Below are positions 9,669-17,563 of a DNA stretch of 64,000 bases, piece after piece (positions within the stretch are counted from its first letter, which is position 1; every line of letters starts with the position of its first letter). The stretch spans positions 1 to 64,000 of the IMG/VR virus record IMGVR_UViG_3300044840_000108, one strand, 5' to 3'. Source of the DNA: a virus (taxonomy: Duplodnaviria > Caudoviricetes). A program made the position numbers and the translations under genes. Below the pieces are notes generated by a model. The model saw nothing but the letters and a program-made list of their open reading frames with translations, had not been told where the DNA came from and searched no databases.

Positions 9669-9713
9669 ACGGCAAGGACCCCCAGCCGGGTGGTAGCTGG
9701 GGGTCCTTGCCGT
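9669..9713. repeat. Perfect 18-bp inverted repeat (processing site or terminator) between Ro60 and the tRNA
   Basis: ACGGCAAGGACCCCCAGC / GCTGGGGGTCCTTGCCGT with a 9-nt loop. Confidence 0.75.
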
Positions 9714-9822
9714 GGCCGACCCGCCTGATTTCGGGCAGCGTCGGTCAGTCACGCGACACTCTACAGTCGACAGACCGCACCGCAACTACTCCACCTGGTG
9801 CGGCGTGTCGCGGGGTGAATGG

Positions 9823-11514
9823 TCATGCGGCAACCGTCGAGTCCAACCATGGCCACGTCCCGTTCCGGCCGGCTTCCAACAGGGGCAGGAGCCGGAATGT
9901 GGCGTCGGTCAGGCCGCCCAACTCGTGCCGGTTGCCGGACCCCGACGGGATGACGCCCTTGGCGTAGCCGGCCAGATTGAAGCCGTACACCGGGACGTTG
10001 TCGGGTACGAGGCGGGTGACCGGCACGGTCCGGCCGTGGATGTCCAGCGCGGTGTAGCCGTAGCCGGGGACGGGGGCGGTGGGCATGGTTTGCATGTCGG
10101 AGATCAACACCACCCGGTCGTGCCCGTTGTAGGTGGCCTGCACTGCCGGTCCGATGCGGGTGCCGTGCCCGACCTCCCCGATGCGCTGGCAGAACGCCTG
10201 CACCTCCCGCAACACTGACGCACCGGACGGCACGCGGTGCCGGAACACGCCGTCAGCGAAACCGTGCAAGTCGACCTGTTCGCCTCGTGCGGCCAGCGCC
10301 ACCCCGAACAGGGCTGCCACTTCCACGTTCGTCATGGTCGACTTGCCGGACACGCTGGCCTGCATGGATGCGGAGGTGTCGACCAGCACGAGGGTGCGGC
10401 CACCGAACCGGGGCAGGTTCGACAGGGAGTGCTGCAGTGCCTGCTCCAGGGCGTGACCCCACCGCAGCGACGGCGCCGCCTTGTACGCCGAGTAGAACCG
10501 GTACGGGAACTGGCGGGATCCGGCGATCTCGTCGGGGTTCGCGAACTGGGCCAACACCGGTTGGATCACCGTGTCGGGCACACCGGCCTGATCAAGGTTC
10601 CGCAGGTTCCGCAGCCGGGCCATGATGCCCATCGACGGGAGGCTCGCCGACCATGCCGCCGCGTCCATCGGGCCCTGCAACCATCCGGCCAGCGCTTCCC
10701 ACGTGATGCCGGCGCGCCGCAGCAGGTCGGGGTCTTCCAACACGGTGCGGCGTTCGTCCACGGGCATCGCGAGCAGGGTCGCCCGCCGGGTGAGGGTGCC
10801 CAACGTTTCGGGGATGGGTGTGTCCCGGTAGGGCTGGCCCACGATGTACCCGAACAGGTCGTGTTGCCACTCGCCGCGGAGGTGTTGCGCCGCGCCGGCA
10901 CGGTCGCCGGGGTGGCACAGGTTCAGGAGGTCCGCGAACCGCACCCCCCGCGATTCGGAATCCCATTTGACGTAGTTGAACTCGGTGCCCAACCGGAGGA
11001 TGGCGTCCCCCACACCGCGTTTGACGGGCTTGGGGAGGTTCCGGCCGTACCGGTTCACCCAGTACGCCACCAGTTCGCCGGGTTCGTCGGCGCGCCGCAG
11101 GACGCTGTCCACAACGGTGCGGCCCGCGCCGCGTTCCCGCCGGCTGTGCGCGTCCTCCACCACCCCGGCGTCCAGCCGGGCCTTGACGAACTCTGCGGCA
11201 CCGACGATCGCGGCCGTGCGGATGTTGCCGTCCCGGCGTAGCCACGCCAGGAACTGGGCGACCCACGTCGGGTCGGTGAGGGTCACGGTGCGCACCAACT
11301 GCCGGTACCGGTCGCCGCGGTCGGCGCCGGTCTCGTAGAAGCTGTCCTCCTCGACCAGGCTGGACACGGCGGTGAGGAACAGTTCCGCGCGGGGTTCGCG
11401 GGTGTAGCCGGGCCCGCCTTCGTGGGTGACGGCGTCCGGCGTGCTGGTGCTGGTGGTGGCGAACGGGGATGTGCGGGTGGCACCGGGCGGGCGCCGAAGG
11501 TTGTGCTTTGCCAC
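9823..11514 (-). CDS. rsr: Ro60/Rsr TROVE-domain RNA-binding protein with vWA domain
   Basis: THEGGPGY...ELF...EDSFYE N-terminus, RADEPGE, PKPVKRG, MARLRNLRN, SRQFPYRF, MIDAS LVDTSASM...GT...ISDMQ; GGAG RBS. Confidence 0.93.
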   Translation of the reverse strand: MAKHNLRRPPGATRTSPFATTSTSTPDAVTHEGGPGYTREPRAELFLTAVSSLVEEDSFYETGADRGDRYRQLVRTVTLTDPTWVAQFLAWLRRDGNIRTAAIVGAAEFVKARLDAGVVEDAHSRRERGAGRTVVDSVLRRADEPGELVAYWVNRYGRNLPKPVKRGVGDAILRLGTEFNYVKWDSESRGVRFADLLNLCHPGDRAGAAQHLRGEWQHDLFGYIVGQPYRDTPIPETLGTLTRRATLLAMPVDERRTVLEDPDLLRRAGITWEALAGWLQGPMDAAAWSASLPSMGIMARLRNLRNLDQAGVPDTVIQPVLAQFANPDEIAGSRQFPYRFYSAYKAAPSLRWGHALEQALQHSLSNLPRFGGRTLVLVDTSASMQASVSGKSTMTNVEVAALFGVALAARGEQVDLHGFADGVFRHRVPSGASVLREVQAFCQRIGEVGHGTRIGPAVQATYNGHDRVVLISDMQTMPTAPVPGYGYTALDIHGRTVPVTRLVPDNVPVYGFNLAGYAKGVIPSGSGNRHELGGLTDATFRLLPLLEAGRNGTWPWLDSTVAA

Positions 11515-11561
11515 GTGCGGGGCTCCAAACAGTCACGTGGGGGCACGTGACGTGCAGGGCA

Positions 11562-11631
11562 GGCCCGAGGTCTTCGTGATTCGACGGCAGCGTTTCTTGT
11601 TGTGAAGTAACTGTCATCAGCGCACCGGGCC
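11562..11631 (-). ncRNA. Y-RNA-like unit A (about 70 nt)
   Basis: GGCCCGGUGCG...UUACUUC...GACCUCGGGCC; ends pair; shares motifs with four neighbouring units; adjacent to Ro60. Confidence 0.7.
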
Positions 11632-11647
11632 AGCACCCACACGTGGT

Positions 11648-11763
11648 GCCTCCCGAGGTCAGGTTGATCACGGCGCCGGCCCCGCAAAGGACCGGGGTGA
11701 GGATTCGAACCCCGCCGGTTGCCCGGATTTGCCGAAGTAGCCGTGGTCGTCGCACCGGGAGGT
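11648..11763 (-). ncRNA. Y-RNA-like unit B (YrlA-type: T arm plus loop-closed acceptor stem)
   Basis: CUCCCGGUGCG...CUACUUC...GGUUCGAAUCC T-loop, CCGGUCC/GGGCCGG hairpin...UGACCUCGGGAG. Confidence 0.8.
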
Positions 11764-11778
11764 GCGTGTCGTGTTGGA

Positions 11779-11890
11779 GCCGCCCGAGATAAGAGAGCTG
11801 GTGAGCGGTCTGGTGTTCCCGGATCGTGGCCGGGGACACCCGCGAGCATGTTTGGCAGCGGAAGGAACGCTCACCTGCGCACCGGGAGGC
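11779..11890 (-). ncRNA. Y-RNA-like unit C
   Basis: GCCUCCCGGUGCG, GGUGAGCG/CGCUCACC inner stem, UUCCUUC motif variant, GGUGUCCCCGG/CCGGGAACACC hairpin, 3' AUCUCGGGCGGC. Confidence 0.7.
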
Positions 11891-11901
11891 ATGCAAGTCG
11901 G

Positions 11902-12035
11902 TGGTGCCCGAGGTCAAGTCGACGGCGGTCGAAGCGCTCTACCGTTGAGCTACGGGGGCGAACCCCCGAAAGGACTCGAACCTTTAACCACTCGCTTAAC
12001 AGGCGAAGTAACCGCTGTCTGCGCACCGGGCACCA
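11902..12035 (-). ncRNA. Y-RNA-like unit D containing a circularly permuted tRNA-Asn(GUU) cloverleaf
   Basis: Order: anticodon arm UUCGC-CUGUUAA-GCGAG, UGGUU, T arm AAAGG-UUCGAGU-CCUUU, acceptor CGGGGG-UUCG-CCCCCG, UA, D arm GCUC-AACGGUA-GAGC, all inside the shared scaffold. Confidence 0.88.
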
Positions 12036-12054
12036 ATGAAGTTGTGGGGACAGG

Positions 12055-12129
12055 CTCCCGAGGTCAGGTGGCCTGGCGGCGGGTGTTCGCTTGTGAAATC
12101 GAAGTAGCCGCTGGGTCGCGCACCGGGAG
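12055..12129 (-). ncRNA. Y-RNA-like unit E (about 75 nt)
   Basis: CUCCCGGUGCG, GCGGC/GCCGC inner stem, CUACUUC, 3' UGACCUCGGGAG. Confidence 0.7.
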
Positions 12130-12525
12130 ATCATCCGGCGCGGACGGTACCTCAACCACGGCGCCGGCGCCTGCTGTTTCTCGTTCGACACGCCAGCGAG
12201 CCAGTCCATCCAACACCGCATCGAGCCGGAACAGCCCGGAGTGTTCGCGGGGGATGCGGCCCCTTTTCCACCACTGCCACACCGTGCCGTACTTCTCGCC
12301 CAACGCGGCAGCGAGGTCGGTGAGGGTGAGCAGTTCGGCGTCCGTGTGCTGCGGCGCCCCGGTGATCCACGTTTCGCCGAGTTCCACCGCAGCCTGGTCC
12401 AGGGCGGCGCACCGGTCCGGTGCCTCCGTGGCAAGGGCGGCACGGTACTCCCGCGCGATGCACCGGGCCCGATCCACGGCGGTGTCTGCAGGCCGGGGCC
12501 AGGGCCGCCGGCGGGTTTTGATCAC
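12064..12525 (-). CDS. HTH (MerR/Xis-like) DNA-binding protein
   Basis: LLTLTDLAAALGEKYGTVWQWWKRGRIP...FRLDAV. Confidence 0.7.
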   Translation of the reverse strand: MIKTRRRPWPRPADTAVDRARCIAREYRAALATEAPDRCAALDQAAVELGETWITGAPQHTDAELLTLTDLAAALGEKYGTVWQWWKRGRIPREHSGLFRLDAVLDGLARWRVERETAGAGAVVEVPSAPDDLPVRDPAATSISQANTRRQAT

Positions 12526-13304
12526 GCCACGATGGGGGCGAGGGGCCGCGACCGGGCCAGCGCGGACACCAGGATGGTGTAGTCCTCTCCGGTGTAGACG
12601 CGGTGACAGGCGGCGCAGTACACCGACGCGTCGCCGTTGTCACGGCACAGTGCGCGGCGCTGGCACGCGGGGCACGGTATGGGCTGGCGGTGCACCAGGC
12701 GGGTCATGCCGGTGTAGTGGCGGGCCCGGCGGTGCAGGTCGATCACCGCGACCGCTCCGTCCACGCCGTCCCGGAGTTCCGGGCCAGCGTGCAGGCCACC
12801 GTCGTCCCACACCATGACGGTCCAGTCGCGGACCGCCAACATCGCGGACAGTGCATGACCCAGGAGGCGGGTGGCGCGCTGCAGGACCGCGCCGGGCCGG
12901 GTGTGGTGGGCCACCTCGTGGCTGTCCCAGTCGACCCCGAGTTGTTCCGCGACAGGTTCGGCCCAACAGCTTGTTTCCCACACCATCGCGGCCTGCAGCG
13001 CCTCGATCGGCAGGCGTAGGGGGGTGGGGAGTTCCCGGGTGGTGGCGACGGGTTCGTTCAGGGCTGACACCGACGACTTCCCGATGATCATGTTGAGTTC
13101 GGTGTAGTCCATCGGCAGGTCGGCCAGGCAGCACGCGAGGTGCCGGGTGCAGGCCGGGCACAACCCCAGCGACGAGTTGATGGCGGCCCCGACCCGGATG
13201 TACCCGTCGATACCCGAATCCCACCAGTCCCATTCGGCGCACCGATCGGCGCGGTAGCAGCGGTACAGCATGGCGTCCGAACAGGACAGGGCGGTATCGG
13301 TCAC
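12522..13304 (-). CDS. Zn-finger protein, candidate late-gene regulator
   Basis: LCPAC and CPAC...CAAC motifs; located at the end of the early/middle block. Confidence 0.55.
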   Translation of the reverse strand: MTDTALSCSDAMLYRCYRADRCAEWDWWDSGIDGYIRVGAAINSSLGLCPACTRHLACCLADLPMDYTELNMIIGKSSVSALNEPVATTRELPTPLRLPIEALQAAMVWETSCWAEPVAEQLGVDWDSHEVAHHTRPGAVLQRATRLLGHALSAMLAVRDWTVMVWDDGGLHAGPELRDGVDGAVAVIDLHRRARHYTGMTRLVHRQPIPCPACQRRALCRDNGDASVYCAACHRVYTGEDYTILVSALARSRPLAPIVA

Positions 13305-13570
13305 AACGGGACTCCGATCAGCGCTGGGCAGTCACACTCCGTAAAACAGCAGCCCGCACACCACCAGCACGGTGACCGACAGGGAAACCAGAAGGCACGC
13401 CCCGATCGTGCGCCACCAGTCCACCGCCGATTACCTCCGCCGACCCGACATACCGCCATGTTCGGGGCGTCGCGAACAACACTACCCAGACATGCCAGCA
13501 CCCCCCGACGTTGACGCTGTCGGGGGGTGCTGGGTGTAGCCGGGGCAAATCGAGGGGGGTACCGCCGAGC

Positions 13571-13786
13571 CTACCGGCGTCGCCCTGTCCTCGCCACACG
13601 CCGCCACCAGGACTGCCGCGGCACGGCCGGGTGGAACCGTATCGTCACCACACCCACCCAGATGTAGCCGACGACCCCGAGAACACCGGTCACACAGGCC
13701 AGGCCGGTGAGGATCAGGCCGTGCCGCGCCCAGTGCCGCCGATACACCTCGTCCGCGACATCTCCCACCGAATCGCCGCTACCCAC
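13571..13786 (-). CDS. Small membrane protein
   Basis: Single long hydrophobic helix with a basic tail. Confidence 0.4.
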   Translation of the reverse strand: MGSGDSVGDVADEVYRRHWARHGLILTGLACVTGVLGVVGYIWVGVVTIRFHPAVPRQSWWRRVARTGRRR

Positions 13787-13994
13787 GTACCCCTCCCCCT
13801 TTGTATGCCTGCCAGCATGTCTCGTGGAACACGGCGCACATCCGGTCGTGGGTGCCGGCGAACACGACCACCACAACCCCGCCCATCGGTTTGGCGCATT
13901 CGGACCAGGCACACCGTAGCTTCCCTGGGCCTGATGGGGGACACAAGTCGGTGTAGCCGTATCGCCACACCCCACCTGTGTCCGGATTGGTCAC
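13779..13994 (-). CDS. Small Zn-finger protein
   Basis: CAWSEC...FHETC; GTGA overlap. Confidence 0.5.
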   Translation of the reverse strand: MTNPDTGGVWRYGYTDLCPPSGPGKLRCAWSECAKPMGGVVVVVFAGTHDRMCAVFHETCWQAYKGGGVRG

Positions 13995-14929
13995 GGGCGC
14001 CAGGACGTGTCGGTCGCACCCGCTTCCTCCAGGGTGGTGCCAGCCTCAGTCAGCACCGACGCCAGCGCGGCCTGTGCTGTCGCCTGCCGCGTGGTTCTCG
14101 CCCGGGGCAGGCCGGTCACTTCGCCGACGCCGGCGTAGAGCCGGGACCGGGACGGGGCCTCCGCCGGCGTGATGCCGGTGTCGGGATGCCAGTCCGGCAC
14201 CCACACCACGCCCGGCTGCACCAGCCGCAACCCATCGAACAAGGCCGTCACCTCCGCCAGGGTGCGGACCGCGGTGTGGTTCTGCGACTGTTCGTCGTAC
14301 AGGTGCGCCACATCCATCACCGCCGGGTCGCTGTCCGCGGTGCCGTGCGAGATGACCACCACCGAGCCGGGCGCCAGGTCGGCCCGGATCTGCCGCATGA
14401 TCCCGGCAGGATCGTCCGCAGCCACGACGAAGTGCATGACTGCGGCCAGCACGACGGCCACCGGCTCCGTGAAGTCGATCAACCGTAGGGTGACGGGGTC
14501 GTCCAGGAACGAACGGGGGTGCCGCAGGTCCGCCCCGACCACGCCGATACCGGCCATGTCCTTCAGGATCAGTTCGCTGTGCGCCACCGCGACCGGTTCG
14601 TTGTCGACGTACACGATCCGCGCGTACGGGTCCACCGACCGCGCGACCTCGTGTGTCGCGCCGACCGTGGGCAGGCCGCATCCCACGTCGATGAACTGGG
14701 TGATGCCCTGGGTCCGGGCGCACCACCGGACCGCGCGTTGCAGGAACCGGCGGTTGGCGAACGCCGCGAACTGGGCATCCGGAACCAACTTCACCACCTG
14801 TTTGGCCAGTTCACGGTCACACGCGAAGTGGTGCGCACCACCCAGGTAGTAGTCGTACAGGCGGGCCGCGCTCGGGGTGTCGGTGTCTATGGTCGGCGGG
14901 ATCCAGTCGGACGGCGGGGGATAGGGCAT
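13991..14929 (-). CDS. SAM-dependent methyltransferase, actinobacterial Methyltransf_19 type
   Basis: PSAARLYDYYLGG, QFIDVGCGLPT, VYVDNEPVAVAH, ADLRHP, AVMHFV, LVQPGVV. Confidence 0.9.
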   Translation of the reverse strand: MPYPPPSDWIPPTIDTDTPSAARLYDYYLGGAHHFACDRELAKQVVKLVPDAQFAAFANRRFLQRAVRWCARTQGITQFIDVGCGLPTVGATHEVARSVDPYARIVYVDNEPVAVAHSELILKDMAGIGVVGADLRHPRSFLDDPVTLRLIDFTEPVAVVLAAVMHFVVAADDPAGIMRQIRADLAPGSVVVISHGTADSDPAVMDVAHLYDEQSQNHTAVRTLAEVTALFDGLRLVQPGVVWVPDWHPDTGITPAEAPSRSRLYAGVGEVTGLPRARTTRQATAQAALASVLTEAGTTLEEAGATDTSWRP

Positions 14930-15018
14930 CGGGAGGCTCCTTTTCGGGTTCGTGGTGGGAGTGGCGTTGCCGTGGACGGCCCCCCGCCGTCTCGGTGGTG
15001 TGATGGGATGGTGCCGGA

Positions 15019-15504
15019 TTACCGGCCCGTAGCGGCGCTCTCAGCCGATGTTTCTGCATCACTGCTGGTGGGGGCCACAGTGTTGATGTCCATGGTGAAG
15101 GCTCGGGGCGCGCGGGATGGGTACTTCGCCTGCAACGTCCGGTAGCGGTGTTTCGCTGACACGCCCGCACCGGCCGGTGCGTACCCGAGCGCGTCGCCGA
15201 TCTCATTCCACCCCACGCCCGCGTGGCGTGCCGCTTCGAGCAGGGTCAACTCGGCGTCTTCCATGCGGGTAACGAACGCCTCCCGGGCCGGATTGACCAG
15301 GATCAACGCGTCCAGCACATCTGCCACGGTCGGCACGGGCAGGTTCACGGCTTGGCGAAGCTGATCCGTTTCCACCAGGTTCATCGCTACCTCGCTGGGC
15401 GCCTCCGTGATACCCACGTACCGGTATTGCGACGCGTACCGGTCCTCGATGTGCTGTTCAGCAGCCTTCACCATTTCCGAGTACCGCCAGCGGGCCTTCA
15501 CCAC
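15019..15504 (-). CDS. Putative HTH protein
   Basis: AARHAGVGWNEIGDALG motif. Confidence 0.55.
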   Translation of the reverse strand: MVKARWRYSEMVKAAEQHIEDRYASQYRYVGITEAPSEVAMNLVETDQLRQAVNLPVPTVADVLDALILVNPAREAFVTRMEDAELTLLEAARHAGVGWNEIGDALGYAPAGAGVSAKHRYRTLQAKYPSRAPRAFTMDINTVAPTSSDAETSAESAATGR

Positions 15505-15752
15505 AACTCCCGCGCGGTCACCTTGGCGGACCGGCGGGCTTGATCGAACAGGAACAGCGCGCGACTGAATCCTTCGACCTCGCCGTGATGGATGTAGAAA
15601 TCGTTGTGCAGCCGGTCGTACTCCATCGTTCCGCGTTGCAGCGTTCGCATCGCTTCATGCACCTTGTCCGCCTTGGCACTGGCGTCAACCAAGCCCTGGT
15701 ACAGGCTGGCGCGTAGGGCATCCAACCCGGCATCGGTGAGAGCCATCGTCAC
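15498..15752 (-). CDS. Hypothetical protein
   Basis: GAGG RBS; GTGA overlap. Confidence 0.55.
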   Translation of the reverse strand: MTMALTDAGLDALRASLYQGLVDASAKADKVHEAMRTLQRGTMEYDRLHNDFYIHHGEVEGFSRALFLFDQARRSAKVTARELW

Positions 15753-16186
15753 ACCTCGTCATTCCCGAGATGACTGGCGGCGCTGGCGGCGCGTTCCATC
15801 ACCGCGCCCATCGAACCGGCGGCTCGGCGGGCCTCGCCCAATGCTGCCGACACGGCCAGGGCGGTGCGGTGCGCCGGATAATTCCCGTTCCGGCGGTCGT
15901 CGTACAGGCTCGGGTCGCCGGCCTGCTGCTCCATGAACTGCGCCAACTGGTCCAGCAACTGGGGGAGCAGGCCCGCCATGCTGGCCAGGTTGCTGGTCAC
16001 CCGGTACGCGGTTGCGGCGTACGGCAGGGACCTGCTGTAGCCGGTGGCGTTGTTCAGGTATCGGACCAGGCGGCCCAGCGCCACCGCCGCAGCCTCGACG
16101 CTGTCTGCGGAGTGCGGGCCGTCGAAAGGCCACACACTGTCAACGAGCCACTCGGGATTGTCGTAGTCAACCTTGAATCGTGCCAT
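15749..16186 (-). CDS. Hypothetical helical protein (paralog of 27394-27819)
   Basis: GAACAGGAG RBS; WP...AA.A...L..YLN...LDQLA...SHL shared with the paralog. Confidence 0.7.
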   Translation of the reverse strand: MARFKVDYDNPEWLVDSVWPFDGPHSADSVEAAAVALGRLVRYLNNATGYSRSLPYAATAYRVTSNLASMAGLLPQLLDQLAQFMEQQAGDPSLYDDRRNGNYPAHRTALAVSAALGEARRAAGSMGAVMERAASAASHLGNDEV

Positions 16187-16221
16187 GTTGTGCTCCTGTT
16201 CTGTCGTGGTGGAAGGTCTTG

Positions 16222-16503
16222 TCAAACGGTGATGGTCTTGCCGGACTCCAGCGTGACCGAGATCGGGCAGTTGCAGTCCGCGACGCAGTTTGCGCCGCAC
16301 TTGTGGCATCGGTTGCAGTACGGGGAACCGCCACACATGCAGCAGTGGTCGATCACGTATTGGCCTCCCCCGCCGCAGCGGAAGCAACTCCCGGTGCCGT
16401 CGTAGTCGTCGGCGTCCTCACAGTCGCAGTCAGTCCATTCGGCGTACGGGCAACAGTCGGGGTACTCATCGCCGTCAAGGAACTCGACCGCGGTCACGCT
16501 CAT
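16222..16503 (-). CDS. Cys-rich acidic small protein
   Basis: 15 Cys in 93 aa; AGGA RBS. Confidence 0.65.
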   Translation of the reverse strand: MSVTAVEFLDGDEYPDCCPYAEWTDCDCEDADDYDGTGSCFRCGGGGQYVIDHCCMCGGSPYCNRCHKCGANCVADCNCPISVTLESGKTITV

Positions 16504-16531
16504 CGCATCCTGTTCTTGTGGTGGAAGGGTG

Positions 16532-17563
16532 TTACGGGTTGGTTGGTGGCCCCAGCAACGCTCGGGACACCTTGTGCACGGGGGACCGGTCGAGCCTGTT
16601 GCGGGCCCGGTCGTACCGGCGGGTGGTTCGCGGGTCCTTGTGGCCCATCGCGTCCTGGACATCGTCGATGCTGGCCCCGCCGTCGAAAGCGAGCGTTGCG
16701 AACGTGTGCCGCAGTGAGTGTGGCGACAGCTTCGCCGCGCCCGGAATGTCTGCGGCAGTGGCGATGCGCTGGACGGCACGGAACAGCCACGCCGGGTCGG
16801 GTCGGGTGCCGTTCGAGGTCGGGAACAGTGGCCCGGTGGTGCGCTGTTCCCGCGCGATGTAGGCGTCGATCACGCGGGCCCCGTCGCCGAGCGCGAGCTT
16901 TTGCAGCTTCCCACCCTTGCGGGTCACGGTCAGTGTCCGCACTCCCCGGTCGTAGCCGAGATCTTCGACCTGGGCGGCGCTGATCTCTTCGAGCCGGCCG
17001 CCGGTGCACAGCATCAACGTCACGATGGCATAGTCCCGGTCGGCGGCTTTCCACATCGTTGTCAGCCGCACTGTTCGGCGACCAGCCGCTGCCGCCGCTT
17101 CGAGGCGTTGGTGGTGTTCTCCGGCGAGCCGTTCAGCGGTGGCCACCATGCGCTGTGCCTCGTCCAAGGTCAACCCGGACGTGGGGGAGTAGTCCGGGTC
17201 CACCTTGGGGCGCTTCGCCTTCTCGGCCGGGTTGCGGTCGATCGCCCCGACTTGTTCGCAGTACGTGTAGAACGAGCTGACGACGGCGAGGCGGTGAGCA
17301 ACCGTGGATGCCGGCGCCCCTTCGGTTTCCAGCGTCCGCCGGTAGCCGTTGACGTGGTCGCGGGTCACAGTGAGCAGACCGGTGTCCGGCACCCCGCGGT
17401 CAGCGAGGAATGTGGCCCAGTGAAGGAAGCCGCGACGGTAGGCGGCTTCCGTGTTGACGGAGTGCGCGGCGTCCAGCAGCCACCCGCTGAACAGTTGGTA
17501 CAGCGGGTGGCTGCGGTCGTATTCGGTGGCATCCGCCGTGCCGGAGCGGACGAGGTCGGTCAC
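16532..17563 (-). CDS. XerC/D-like tyrosine recombinase
   Basis: SAM-like N-domain (NTEAAYRR), TGGRLEE, RKGGK, HSLRHTFAT, MGH, TTRRY; no arm-binding domain. Confidence 0.92.
   Translation of the reverse strand: MTDLVRSGTADATEYDRSHPLYQLFSGWLLDAAHSVNTEAAYRRGFLHWATFLADRGVPDTGLLTVTRDHVNGYRRTLETEGAPASTVAHRLAVVSSFYTYCEQVGAIDRNPAEKAKRPKVDPDYSPTSGLTLDEAQRMVATAERLAGEHHQRLEAAAAAGRRTVRLTTMWKAADRDYAIVTLMLCTGGRLEEISAAQVEDLGYDRGVRTLTVTRKGGKLQKLALGDGARVIDAYIAREQRTTGPLFPTSNGTRPDPAWLFRAVQRIATAADIPGAAKLSPHSLRHTFATLAFDGGASIDDVQDAMGHKDPRTTRRYDRARNRLDRSPVHKVSRALLGPPTNP

Noticed and set aside
11935-12007. Calling unit D a normal tRNA-Asn gene or an attP tRNA fragment
   Set aside because: The arm order is permuted and the acceptor stem is closed by a loop; there is no linear tRNA or 3' half with CCA
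11562-12129. Reading the repeated CCCGAGGTC/GCACCGGG motifs as a CRISPR array
   Set aside because: The motifs are short, pair with each other across each unit, unit lengths vary from 70 to 134 nt, and there are no cas genes; a structured-RNA array fits better
10592-12817. Long ORFs crossing the RNA array (10592-11917 -, 11283-11849 -, 11762-12817 +)
   Set aside because: Arg/Pro-rich GC shadow frames with no motifs, overlapping better-supported features
16532-17563. Calling the recombinase the prophage integrase with att ends in the window
   Set aside because: No arm-binding domain, phage-like genes on both sides, and no host junction seen
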